A DNA stretch of 26,364 bases from an uncultured delta proteobacterium (lineage in GTDB: Bacteria; Desulfobacterota; Syntrophobacteria; BM002), in contig CAVQGX010000047.1 in NCBI GenBank assembly GCA_963712115.1, positions 1 through 26,364 on the forward strand, in the 5' to 3' direction. This document shows positions 16,379 through 24,519 of the stretch, in pieces. The translations under genes and the position numbers were made by a program. The notes under the pieces are model-generated. The model did not search any database. It was given only the letters and a program-made list of their open reading frames with translations, and had not been told where the DNA came from. Every line of letters starts with the position of its first letter. The stretch's first letter is position 1.

Positions 16379-17155
16379 ATGTCATACACCAACGTCATTG
16401 TGGAGAAAAAAGATCATATCGGCCTCATTACCCTCAACCGACCACATGAGATGAATACCTTCAACGTTGCCTTTGCCCGGGAACTGAATGACTCCCTCTG
16501 GGAAATGGACAAGGACCCAGAGGTGCGGGTTGTGGTGATCCAGGCGGCAGGCAAACACTTCTCTACTGGGATATCCCTTGCCGAATTCAAGGATAAAACC
16601 AACAAGGATTACCGGGAATTTATTCGTTTAATGGACGAGCACAACCACACCATTGCCAAAATGAAAAAGCCAGTTATTGCCTCGGTGAAAGGTTATGCTC
16701 TAGCTAATGGTGCAGGTTTGGTCTTTGCTTGTGATTTGGCTGTGGCTGCGGAAGACGCCAAAATAGGAACCACTGCCATCAATGTCGGTCTCATTTGTAC
16801 TGGCCCGGCTGTACCCCTGGCACGCTCTCTCGGCCGCAAAAAACTTCTTGAGATGGTACTCACAGGAGAGATGATTTCAGCCACCGAAGCCGAAAGATTG
16901 GGATTGGTGAACAAGGTGGTACCGCAAGATGAGCTTGAAAAAGCCACCATGGAGCTGGCTGGCAAGCTGGCGGCCAAAAGCCCCCTGGCATTGCAGATAG
17001 GGAAAACCGCATTGTATGCCATGCAAGATGTCCCCTACCATCAATCGATCGATTACCTGAGCGAGCTCTTTGCTGCCCTTTGCAGCACCGAAGACGCACA
17101 AGAAGGAGCACGGGCTTTTTTGGAAAAGAGAAAGCCAGAGTGGAAGGAAAAGTAG
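16379..17155 (+). CDS. Enoyl-CoA hydratase/isomerase (crotonase) family protein, ECHDC3-like, lacking canonical catalytic glutamates
   Basis: Motifs ITLNRP, KHFSTG, KPVIASVKGYALANG, ACDL, A.RLGLVNKVV and EG..AFLEKRKPEW. Preceded by AGGAG. Confidence 0.9.
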   Translation: MSYTNVIVEKKDHIGLITLNRPHEMNTFNVAFARELNDSLWEMDKDPEVRVVVIQAAGKHFSTGISLAEFKDKTNKDYREFIRLMDEHNHTIAKMKKPVIASVKGYALANGAGLVFACDLAVAAEDAKIGTTAINVGLICTGPAVPLARSLGRKKLLEMVLTGEMISATEAERLGLVNKVVPQDELEKATMELAGKLAAKSPLALQIGKTALYAMQDVPYHQSIDYLSELFAALCSTEDAQEGARAFLEKRKPEWKEK

Positions 17156-17215
17156 CGGTATACTTTATTTGACCCTGATAGCTTCAAACATACCGTAGTA
17201 CTCGAGAGGAAATTT

Positions 17216-17323
17216 TTATTTTAGATTTAAGATTGCAGATCTTAGATTTAGCAAAGAAGTTTATAGTTTCCTCAATCTTAGGCAAAAATCTTCAATCTGC
17301 ATTCTGCAATCTACAATCTAAAA
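17216..17323. repeat. Inverted heptamer array (GATTKYA / AATCTHM family)
   Basis: attttagatttaagattgcagatcttagatt ... aaaatcttcaatctgcattctgcaatctacaatctaaaat. Confidence 0.75.
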
Positions 17324-17461
17324 TGATCAGTACTCCTCCTTGCCTACTTCCCCTCCCTCCCCTCCCCCCTTGGTATTCTTTTTGCAGAGAGTTTTTTAAA
17401 CTTTTCGGGATGTCCGGTCGGACTGGAAGATGACAACTCAATAGCGGAGGTTCGTGTAGAA

Positions 17462-18238
17462 ATGGATGATTTATCCAAAGCCATGCATGAGGCAACCGCC
17501 TACCTGGAGCGCCAAAAAGATGAGAAGAAGCGTCCAGAGCCAAATAAACCGGTACCAAAACCTGCTCCTTCCAAAGTAAGTGCTGTCAGGGCCAAAACGA
17601 GGGAGGTACAGAGCAACCCTACTCTTGTTCTGGCCTATGGTGTCGCCATTGCCTTGGCCATTGTGGCTGGCGGAATAACCACCCAGTGGCTGGTGCCAGC
17701 CCTAGGTGCTGGTTTTGGTATTGCTACAACCATAATCGCCAAAGGACTTACAGGAGGTGGCACAGATTATTCTTGGGTGGTACCGGCTGGTGCAGCGGGC
17801 CTTGCCCTGATTGGCGGCGTGGCTGTTGTTCTTCTGGTCATAAGAATAGTGAAGAGAGCAAGCGGCCAGCTCTATCTGGCAGTTCTGCCCCTTCTTGCGG
17901 TTCTGGCAGCATTTTGTGTGGATATGTGTAAAGACTTCTACCCTAACGATCCCCTGGTGCGAATTGGGTTTGCTGCAGTGACATGCGGTCTATTCGCCCT
18001 TGGAGGATTGTGGTGGAGGAGGTATGGTCTTTTGAACAAAATTGCAGGTGCCCTTCTTATGTTGATCTCGCCCCTAGTGATTTTGGCACACGGAGTAAGC
18101 AACAATCTGAACCAGGGACTGTCCATTGCATTGGGTAGTGTAACAACCCAAAGTTGGATAGCTCTTGGCGGGCTTATAACTATTATGCTTTTGACTGCTC
18201 TTCTGGCATTTACTTTAGGAGAAGAGATAGGACCGTAA
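17462..18238 (+). CDS. Hypothetical integral membrane protein (charged, Pro-rich N-terminus followed by about 6-7 TM helices)
   Basis: 258-aa ORF with GGAGG upstream and multiple hydrophobic segments. Confidence 0.75.
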   Translation: MDDLSKAMHEATAYLERQKDEKKRPEPNKPVPKPAPSKVSAVRAKTREVQSNPTLVLAYGVAIALAIVAGGITTQWLVPALGAGFGIATTIIAKGLTGGGTDYSWVVPAGAAGLALIGGVAVVLLVIRIVKRASGQLYLAVLPLLAVLAAFCVDMCKDFYPNDPLVRIGFAAVTCGLFALGGLWWRRYGLLNKIAGALLMLISPLVILAHGVSNNLNQGLSIALGSVTTQSWIALGGLITIMLLTALLAFTLGEEIGP

Positions 18239-18309
18239 AGCTTACCCAAGGCAGAACAAATCAGGTCAGATCCCAATGGTTTTGCCCGTAAAGATAAGCG
18301 AGCTTTTTT

Positions 18310-18487
18310 GGAGTACCGGAGCATCAGAAATTCCAAATCACAAATCACAAATATCAAACAAATCACAATGACCAAAATTCAAAATTCCAAACCTGTTTCG
18401 GTCATTTGGTATTGGAATTTGAGATTTGTTTGTAATTTGGTGCTTGGAGTTTGGGATTTCATTATTCCATCACTCCATCATTCCAGC
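18310..18487. repeat. Nested repeat hairpin: AAATCAC/AAATTCC heptamer arms enclosed by GGAGTA / CACTCCAT octamer-type repeats
   Basis: gaaattccaaatcacaaatcacaaatatcaaacaaatcac...atttgtttgtaatttggtgcttggagtttgggatttc, followed by attccatcactccatcattcca. Confidence 0.75.
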
Positions 18488-18767
18488 AGACTTCCTCATC
18501 AAGGAAAGACCCTAGAAGCCACCCTGGGGGCGGACCAAATCCGGATCCTCAGGGCCCGGACTCTTTACCTCCACGGCCATATTCATGGTCTCGCCCCTTT
18601 GTTTCCATTCGTTCTTAATATCTGATCAACCCACCGAAAAAAATGAGGAAACTCCTGTAACAATACTCTTGCCCTAAGTTGATCAATTGTGTAATCTGAA
18701 TAAATATTGATGGTGGATCTTGAACAGCAAATCCACCCTAGTCAGCTATTTAGAAGGAGGCTAAGCC

Positions 18768-18944
18768 ATGGATCCCGCTGAAAAGACAGCTCTAAAGGAA
18801 AAACTGGCCGAGAAGGGAATTGGTTTCGACAAGGCAGCCGAAGAGCTTAAGGTGACAGCATCGCTTTTGGCCCTTTATTTGAAGGACGACTCGAATCCCG
18901 TCCCCAAAAGAATTATTGATGGGCTCAACAAAATGCTTGAATGA
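18768..18944 (+). CDS. Small (58-aa) putative helix-turn-helix protein, absent from the ORF track
   Basis: AAGGAGG precedes the ATG. Translation: MDPAEKTALKEKLAEKGIGFDKAAEELKVTASLLALYLKDDSNPVPKRIIDGLNKMLE, with XRE/Cro-like spacing. Confidence 0.72.
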   Translation: MDPAEKTALKEKLAEKGIGFDKAAEELKVTASLLALYLKDDSNPVPKRIIDGLNKMLE

Positions 18945-18956
18945 TGACCTGCGGAG

Positions 18957-19280
18957 CTACATCAATTTCCCCGCCAGCCAGAAAAGCAGCATACCGGCAA
19001 CAACTGTTCCTCCTAACGATCTGGTTTTCAGGGCAAAAATAAAGGTGGGCACAGCCACGATAAACTGGGGTCGCAAAAGATCTAAGTAGCGAGGGCTACC
19101 GCCGGTTACAAGCTCTGGAAAGACCAGAGCGCTGAGGATGGCTACCGGTATGAAATCCAACCACTCGGCGAACCATCGGGGCAGCTGTCGCCGCGACAGA
19201 AAAAGAATAGGAACCCACCGCGGGATGTAGGTGACCAACCCCATACCAAGTACCAACAACAGATACTCAGATTTAATCAT
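18957..19280 (-). CDS. azlD: AzlD-domain branched-chain amino acid exporter, small subunit
   Basis: Motifs GMGLVTYIPR..P, WLDFIPVAILSAL and KTRSLGGTVVAGM. The start overlaps the end of azlC. Confidence 0.88.
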   Translation of the reverse strand: MIKSEYLLLVLGMGLVTYIPRWVPILFLSRRQLPRWFAEWLDFIPVAILSALVFPELVTGGSPRYLDLLRPQFIVAVPTFIFALKTRSLGGTVVAGMLLFWLAGKLM

Positions 19281-20016
19281 TGAGAATACCCTTCCGTCGA
19301 CAGACTACCCCGATAAAGGCAGCCAAAACTGAGGCCAGAACAATATAACTGTTTCCTGGAACCAAAAGTGCGAGAAATACTGCCAATACTCCAGCGACGA
19401 TAGCGGTAAGAACATACAGTCGCCCTCTTAGTTGAAATACCAAAAGACAGAGAAACATGGCGATGAGCGCATAATCGATACCGAATGCTCCTGCCGGAAT
19501 GAACTGGCCGCTATAGGCCCCCACAATGCTGCTGGCGATCCACGCCACATTAGCAATCTGGTTTACCACCAAAGCCTGACGCCAATCCCAATTACTATCT
19601 CGAAACCTGGTCAGATTGACGGCAAAGCTCTCATCGGTAACGCCGTAAGCAAAAAGGGCAGTCCAGCTCTTGTTCACAGACCGCAGATAGAAGGCCAGGG
19701 AGGAACTCATCAATAAGTGCCTAAGATTGATAACAAAAGTGGTAACTACTATGGACAGTGCCGAGGCCCCTCCACTGAGCATTGAAACTGCTACGAACTG
19801 AGAACTTCCCGCAAAAACCAGCAAAGACATAAGGCCGATTTCAACAGGGTGGAGCCCAGCCTTCTGGGCCAGTACGCCAAATGCCAATCCTATGGGGAAA
19901 TAGCCCAAGCAGATTGGCCAGCCGGCCTTTATGCCTTCTTTACATATGAACGTGGCAGCAAGATGCTCTCCCGCAGGATCTGAAGTATTGACCATATGCG
20001 CTCCAGCTGATGGCAT
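19273..20016 (-). CDS. azlC: AzlC-family branched-chain amino acid exporter, large subunit
   Basis: Motifs GYFPIGLAFG, MSLLVFAGSSQF, INLRHLLMS, TDESFA and GIDYAL.AMF. The start could be at 19995. Confidence 0.92.
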   Translation of the reverse strand: MPSAGAHMVNTSDPAGEHLAATFICKEGIKAGWPICLGYFPIGLAFGVLAQKAGLHPVEIGLMSLLVFAGSSQFVAVSMLSGGASALSIVVTTFVINLRHLLMSSSLAFYLRSVNKSWTALFAYGVTDESFAVNLTRFRDSNWDWRQALVVNQIANVAWIASSIVGAYSGQFIPAGAFGIDYALIAMFLCLLVFQLRGRLYVLTAIVAGVLAVFLALLVPGNSYIVLASVLAAFIGVVCRRKGILND

Positions 20017-20184
20017 TAATGCGAATTAAATACTTTACTATTTCCCTTCCACATAGGGCAAGTGGCTGGGCTAAACTTTTTTGCACCTCTGATTATCCCC
20101 ACCATTTTTCCCACCTGTCCCCAAAATACTTCTATAGAAAATAAGCCGAAAAATAATTGAAAACAATTACCTACACAGATATTT

Positions 20185-20200
20185 CGGCACGATCATTGCT
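20185..20200 (+). promoter_or_regulatory. Sigma-54 (-24/-12) promoter
   Basis: CGGCAC-GATCA-TTGCT, 60 nt upstream of the ATG at 20261, preceded by an AT-rich tract. Confidence 0.72.
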
Positions 20201-20260
20201 CTTTGAGAGGGAGATGCGGGTTTAGTCTGCAACAGGCCATTGGCAGTTTTTGGAGTTAAT

Positions 20261-21625
20261 ATGTTGATACCAAGGCAATTTACCAGAATATTTCCATATC
20301 TTTTTGTACTTTTTTTTGCACTTATTATCTTTCTACCGAAGGATATATTGGCGCAAGATATTCAAAAAGATACGCAATTAATTCATCGAGTTTCCCCTGG
20401 GGAGTCACTTCACAAGATCGCCCGGCAGTATCTGCCACTGACTGAGGAATTAACCGTCGATGACTTGGTCGAAAAGATCAAAGTGCTGAGTGGCGTAGAG
20501 GGGTCTTTGATCCGGCCCAACCAATGGTTACTCATACCTCTGGTTCGCTCGCGCCCTGTGGCAGCCAAGACTGTTCCTAAACAGACAGATTTTGAGGCCA
20601 AAGGTATATATATTAATCGCTACACCATGGCCAGCCAAAGAATTAAGAGACTTATAGATGAGTTGGTTGCGGTGGGGGGTAATACAGTTATTCTTGACGG
20701 CAAAGACATGTTTGGAAATCTGTCCTATCCTTCCCGAGTCGATCTAGCTCAAGAGATTGGGGCAAATGCTAGACCGGTGACCAGGGATTTGGCGAAAATG
20801 ATTCATTATCTCCACGAGAGAGGAATACATGTTGGGGTGAGACTGGTTCTTTTCTGCGATCAACTTTTGGCAGAGCAGAAACCCGACCTGGCCCTGAGAG
20901 ATGGCCTCACAGGAAATCTCTTATTGGAAAATGGCATATCAGCGTGGGTTGATCCATCTCATCCAGTGGTGCAGGATTATAACTTGGCCATTGCCAGGGA
21001 ATTGGCAGAAATGGGGGTAGATGAAATCCAATTTGACTACATAAGATTTCCTACGAAAGAAAATGTCCAATACGGTGAATCCGGCCTTTATGGGAAAACA
21101 GTTCCTAGATACAGGATAATTACTGACTTTCTTGCCCGGGCTCGGAGAGAGCTGGCTGCGCACCAGGTCCTATTATCCATTGATGTATTTGGGATTATTG
21201 CCTGGGGCAGGTCCAAAGATATCGAGATGACCGGTCAGAAGATAGAAGAATTGGCCGGACACTGTGACGTGATCTCGCCAATGATCTATCCTTCTCATTT
21301 TCATAACCCCTTTCGAGGTATTGCCGATCCCGGCGAACGTCCTTACTTACTCGTCTCGGAGACATGTAAGAGATTCTCACGGCTGCTGAAAAACTCACAA
21401 GCAACCCTCCGGCCCTGGATTCAGGCCTTTCCCCTTGGGACTGACCATTTTGACGAAGAATATGTTTTCGAGCAACTTAAGGCGCTGGATGAGTCCGAAG
21501 TCCGAGGATGGCTGCTCTGGAGTGCGGGGAACAAATACGATGTCGCCTGGAAGGCTTTAGCTGAACTTAATGATGATTCCTTTGGACAAAGGATCCTAGG
21601 GGCAAATTTGTTTTTGGGTGATTAA
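20261..21625 (+). CDS. Exported LysM-domain putative glycoside hydrolase (DUF4015-like TIM barrel)
   Basis: N-terminal signal/TM segment. LysM-like HRVSPGESLHKIARQY...LIRPNQWLLIP. DUF4015-like motifs KGIY, WVDP, GVDEIQFDYIRFP, SPMIYPSHF, RPWIQAF and WLLW...N.Y. Confidence 0.85.
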   Translation: MLIPRQFTRIFPYLFVLFFALIIFLPKDILAQDIQKDTQLIHRVSPGESLHKIARQYLPLTEELTVDDLVEKIKVLSGVEGSLIRPNQWLLIPLVRSRPVAAKTVPKQTDFEAKGIYINRYTMASQRIKRLIDELVAVGGNTVILDGKDMFGNLSYPSRVDLAQEIGANARPVTRDLAKMIHYLHERGIHVGVRLVLFCDQLLAEQKPDLALRDGLTGNLLLENGISAWVDPSHPVVQDYNLAIARELAEMGVDEIQFDYIRFPTKENVQYGESGLYGKTVPRYRIITDFLARARRELAAHQVLLSIDVFGIIAWGRSKDIEMTGQKIEELAGHCDVISPMIYPSHFHNPFRGIADPGERPYLLVSETCKRFSRLLKNSQATLRPWIQAFPLGTDHFDEEYVFEQLKALDESEVRGWLLWSAGNKYDVAWKALAELNDDSFGQRILGANLFLGD

Positions 21626-21648
21626 AAAGAAGGTGAGAGGAATTAGGA

Positions 21649-21933
21649 TTAAGACCAGATGAAGCGGACGCCCATTCCGGCTGGCTCATTTTTTTTGTCC
21701 GAGGATGAGTTGCTGGCCCAAACGACTTGAGCCATAACCTGCATGGAAGCGGCTGGAGCCTTAACAGACAACACGAACCTTTCTGAGAGAGGAAGGGGCT
21801 TATCGCAATAAATAAATGCCCCTTGCATGCTAATATCTCTAGTTTCTCCCTGCATTGAACCTTCAGAGGTCAACATTGTAACAGGCCACCTGACCTCCAC
21901 TCTAGGTTGCAACCTTCTTTCTCTGCCGTCCAT
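21649..21933 (-). CDS. Single-domain PilZ protein (candidate c-di-GMP receptor)
   Basis: ERRLQPR (RxxxR), DISMQGA (DxSxxG) and GMGVRF. Start placed at ATG 21933 (94 aa). Confidence 0.88.
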   Translation of the reverse strand: MDGRERRLQPRVEVRWPVTMLTSEGSMQGETRDISMQGAFIYCDKPLPLSERFVLSVKAPAASMQVMAQVVWASNSSSDKKNEPAGMGVRFIWS

Positions 21934-22181
21934 CCTTATATCCCTTTCTTGTGGGATAGCTTTAGCAAAAAACCGGATATCGGTCCACCGCTCAAATAGC
22001 ACCTGCAAAATTTCTACCAGAATACGGCTAATGGAGGTCGAGCGTAATCAGAATTGAGCAGCGGTACACAAGATTGTCGATGGAGCAAGGAATCAACAAG
22101 GATACTCGACGCCTTACCAGTTTGATCAAGCATGCTGAGGACAGGTTACGGAAAAGGAGGGAAAGTTGCAAGACCTTTCTT

Positions 22182-22375
22182 AACCCTAATGTTGTAGATC
22201 CACATCGAGGCAAAGCGCACCAGAGTGCGTTAGATGTGGCCGCGCACAGGCGCGGACAGGATGAAGCGTACTTGACCGTACGTGAGATTCTGTCCGAGGC
22301 GAGCACGGCCGCAGATGGCGTTCTATGGTGCGAGCGCAGCGGCTTTGGCCGGTTTGGGTTTGCAACATTAGGGTT
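22182..22375. mobile_element. 194-bp MITE/REP-like element forming one long imperfect hairpin
   Basis: Terminal IRs aaccctaatgttg / caacattagggtt, extending to 21 bp with 3 mismatches. Nested arms cgcacca/tggtgcg, ggccg/cggcc and cggacaggat/attctgtccg. Apex gcgtac-ttgacc-gtacgt. Confidence 0.75.
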
Positions 22376-22382
22376 GCCCTAG

Positions 22383-22913
22383 TTAAGCAACAACTCCTGA
22401 AAAAAGACCAATTATAGCACTGGCAAAGGCACCGATAATGAAGGTAATGTAAGCCAGCCTCAGGAAACGATACTTCTTTTTGGCAAGAAACATCCCTAAG
22501 GTATAAAGTTCCTTTATTTGTACTTCATAGGTGAGGCTGGGATCATTCATGACCTCTTCCATACTCGTTTCAAACTCTTCATAGGTTAGTCGGACGAAAT
22601 CGGCAAAAAAGAGCAAGTTGAATCCCGGAGATTTAATTGATTCCCTCGTCTCTCTTTTAAAAAAAAACGGTATTTTTGGCATTACAGCGTATGTTGCCAG
22701 ACCAATGGTCATCAAGCAAAAGGCAATTAATACAACTATAGCCCACTTTAGATGGGGTTGGGTGATGTAGCCGACGGATAGGGTTATAACTACTGAGGTA
22801 ATGGTCAGAAGCATGTTGGCTTTCATGTCTGCCATTGAACTAAGTTGAGTATGATGCATCCGTGTCTGACGCACGAGATGGTCTAGATGTGACCCCGCCT
22901 GTTTGATTTCCAT
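22383..22913 (-). CDS. Pycsar-effector-family (DUF5706) transmembrane protein, orphan
   Basis: SSMADMKANMLL, two TM helices, AVMP, NLLFFADF, KKKYRFLRLAY and a C-terminal TM. Start at ATG 22913 after GGAGGA. Confidence 0.82.
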   Translation of the reverse strand: MEIKQAGSHLDHLVRQTRMHHTQLSSMADMKANMLLTITSVVITLSVGYITQPHLKWAIVVLIAFCLMTIGLATYAVMPKIPFFFKRETRESIKSPGFNLLFFADFVRLTYEEFETSMEEVMNDPSLTYEVQIKELYTLGMFLAKKKYRFLRLAYITFIIGAFASAIIGLFSGVVA

Positions 22914-23063
22914 CAGACTTCCTCCCATAGGTGGTGTTGCATGGTTAATGACAAGGAGAGCTAGCACTAGATACTAATACTGTCAAGGTTAGAATTTCTC
23001 ATGGCGTTTCCTGAGATAACGGTTTAATATAACTCATTCGCCTGTCATAAAGAGGTATTCACC

Positions 23064-23615
23064 ATGACACTCAGAACCAAAATGTTGATGTCAGCGGTGT
23101 CGTTACTTTTTCTGGTTATCGGTGCGGGAACAGTATACCTTATCAGTCATAAGATTCTCTCTATGGAGTTTCGAGCCGCTAATGACGCTCTACATAGACA
23201 AGAAGCTCCAATAACGCTCGACTTTCTAATCCCAGCTGGGACTTATGTTGACGCGACAATGACCATAGGAGAAGTAGTAAAGATTCGCATTCAAAAACCA
23301 AAGAAAAAATTCAATAGTTTTCTTCGGAAATTCTCAGAAAGTATACCGCGCAAATACCTCCTTTTGGGGACCATGATCCTCTATCTATTTTGGACATTCC
23401 TTTTTCTTGTTTTTTTTAGAATATTCACCTGGATAGGCTACAGTGTTGCCCTCAGTATCAGCTTTCTTGCTGGATCTTTAGTCTATTTTTTTATGCCTGA
23501 TTTGATGTTTGGCAGAATAGATGACGTGATATTTTTGGGTTGGGCGGTAGCTTTCACGGTGGCTTGCAGGTTGTATTCTAAGCGGAGGAGGTTGAAACAC
23601 TTATACTCTAGATAA
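23064..23615 (+). CDS. Hypothetical membrane protein (about 4 TM)
   Basis: AGAGGT upstream and hydrophobic helices. The C-terminal MPD..FGRIDD weakly recalls DUF1232. Confidence 0.7.
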   Translation: MTLRTKMLMSAVSLLFLVIGAGTVYLISHKILSMEFRAANDALHRQEAPITLDFLIPAGTYVDATMTIGEVVKIRIQKPKKKFNSFLRKFSESIPRKYLLLGTMILYLFWTFLFLVFFRIFTWIGYSVALSISFLAGSLVYFFMPDLMFGRIDDVIFLGWAVAFTVACRLYSKRRRLKHLYSR

Positions 23616-23659
23616 TTAAAGCATCTCAATTCGTGAGTTGTCTAGGCCAACTCAGTTTA

Positions 23660-24073
23660 TCATTGAACTATTCCTCTGGCTTTTCTGTCATAGTATATAA
23701 ATTTCTTTTTATAAAGTTCGTTTTCAGGATAAAGAGTAACCAGCTCGGAATAAATATCTCTATTCAGCTTTGTTTCCTTGGTAGGAACTTTCTTGACAAT
23801 CTCGTAAAGTATTTCTTCAATCCTCTCGTTGCATCTTACATCCTCATGTGATGCGTGACCAAGGTATCTGTCTGCGTCAAAGTATAGTGATTTTATCTCC
23901 GGATCAAGAGTATCAATCGCTGCGAGTCTAGCTCCTTCAAAGTTAGAATCACTAATAAGAATACGTATTCTCTTTACAGTATCTAGATTTGTTTGATCTT
24001 TACTTTCTTCAAAACAACTAATAACAAGAATCAAAGAAAAACCTACGATAGAGATAATAGCCAGTCTCTTCAT
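23660..24073 (-). CDS. Hypothetical putative lipoprotein, AT-rich
   Basis: Signal peptide MKR-hydrophobic-LVIS|C with a lipobox-like Cys, and upstream AGAGG. Confidence 0.65.
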   Translation of the reverse strand: MKRLAIISIVGFSLILVISCFEESKDQTNLDTVKRIRILISDSNFEGARLAAIDTLDPEIKSLYFDADRYLGHASHEDVRCNERIEEILYEIVKKVPTKETKLNRDIYSELVTLYPENELYKKKFIYYDRKARGIVQ

Positions 24074-24158
24074 TTTCTTTGCCTCTCTGATAAACAGCTT
24101 CCGTTCTCGAGGCCTGTAAAAATTAAGCCAAAAAACTTCTTCATTAACGGATGGTATT

Positions 24159-24187
24159 TAACCCGGATTCATGAAACATCCGGGTTA
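24159..24187. repeat. Short palindrome, probable collapsed remnant of the element at 1965-2060
   Basis: taacccggat-tcatgaaac-atccgggtta with 10-bp arms. It shares 17 nt (inverted) with 1965-1981. Confidence 0.6.
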
Positions 24188-24432
24188 GTCGCCGCGCTCA
24201 GCAAAATCTATTGTCAGGCAGGACCAACAAGCTCTTTATATGCACTTTGCGTACCAAGAGACATGGTTTAGCGGCCATGGGATTTGGAATATATATTTGG
24301 TCCTCCGGATAAAAACCCTCATACTTGCAGAACTGTTGGGAATACAAATTTAGACAATAAATTAATAATTCCATATACTTGCAATGCACAAATTTGAACA
24401 ACAGTAATTATTCCAAATATATCAAATAGTTG

Positions 24433-24461
24433 TTGACAACTAATTTGATTTACCTTATGTT
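24433..24461 (+). promoter_or_regulatory. Putative sigma-70 promoter of the mucR-like gene
   Basis: TTGACA-N17-TATGTT within a very AT-rich region. Confidence 0.65.
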
Positions 24462-24519
24462 GTATGAGTTTGCAACTTTGCCAACAATACGGCCACAATG
24501 ACGAAAGGAGGACAATGAT

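Noticed and set aside
18488-18570. tRNA-Sec, SRP RNA or a riboswitch
   Set aside because: No cloverleaf or T-loop, no SRP core motif and no riboswitch consensus that I can recognise.
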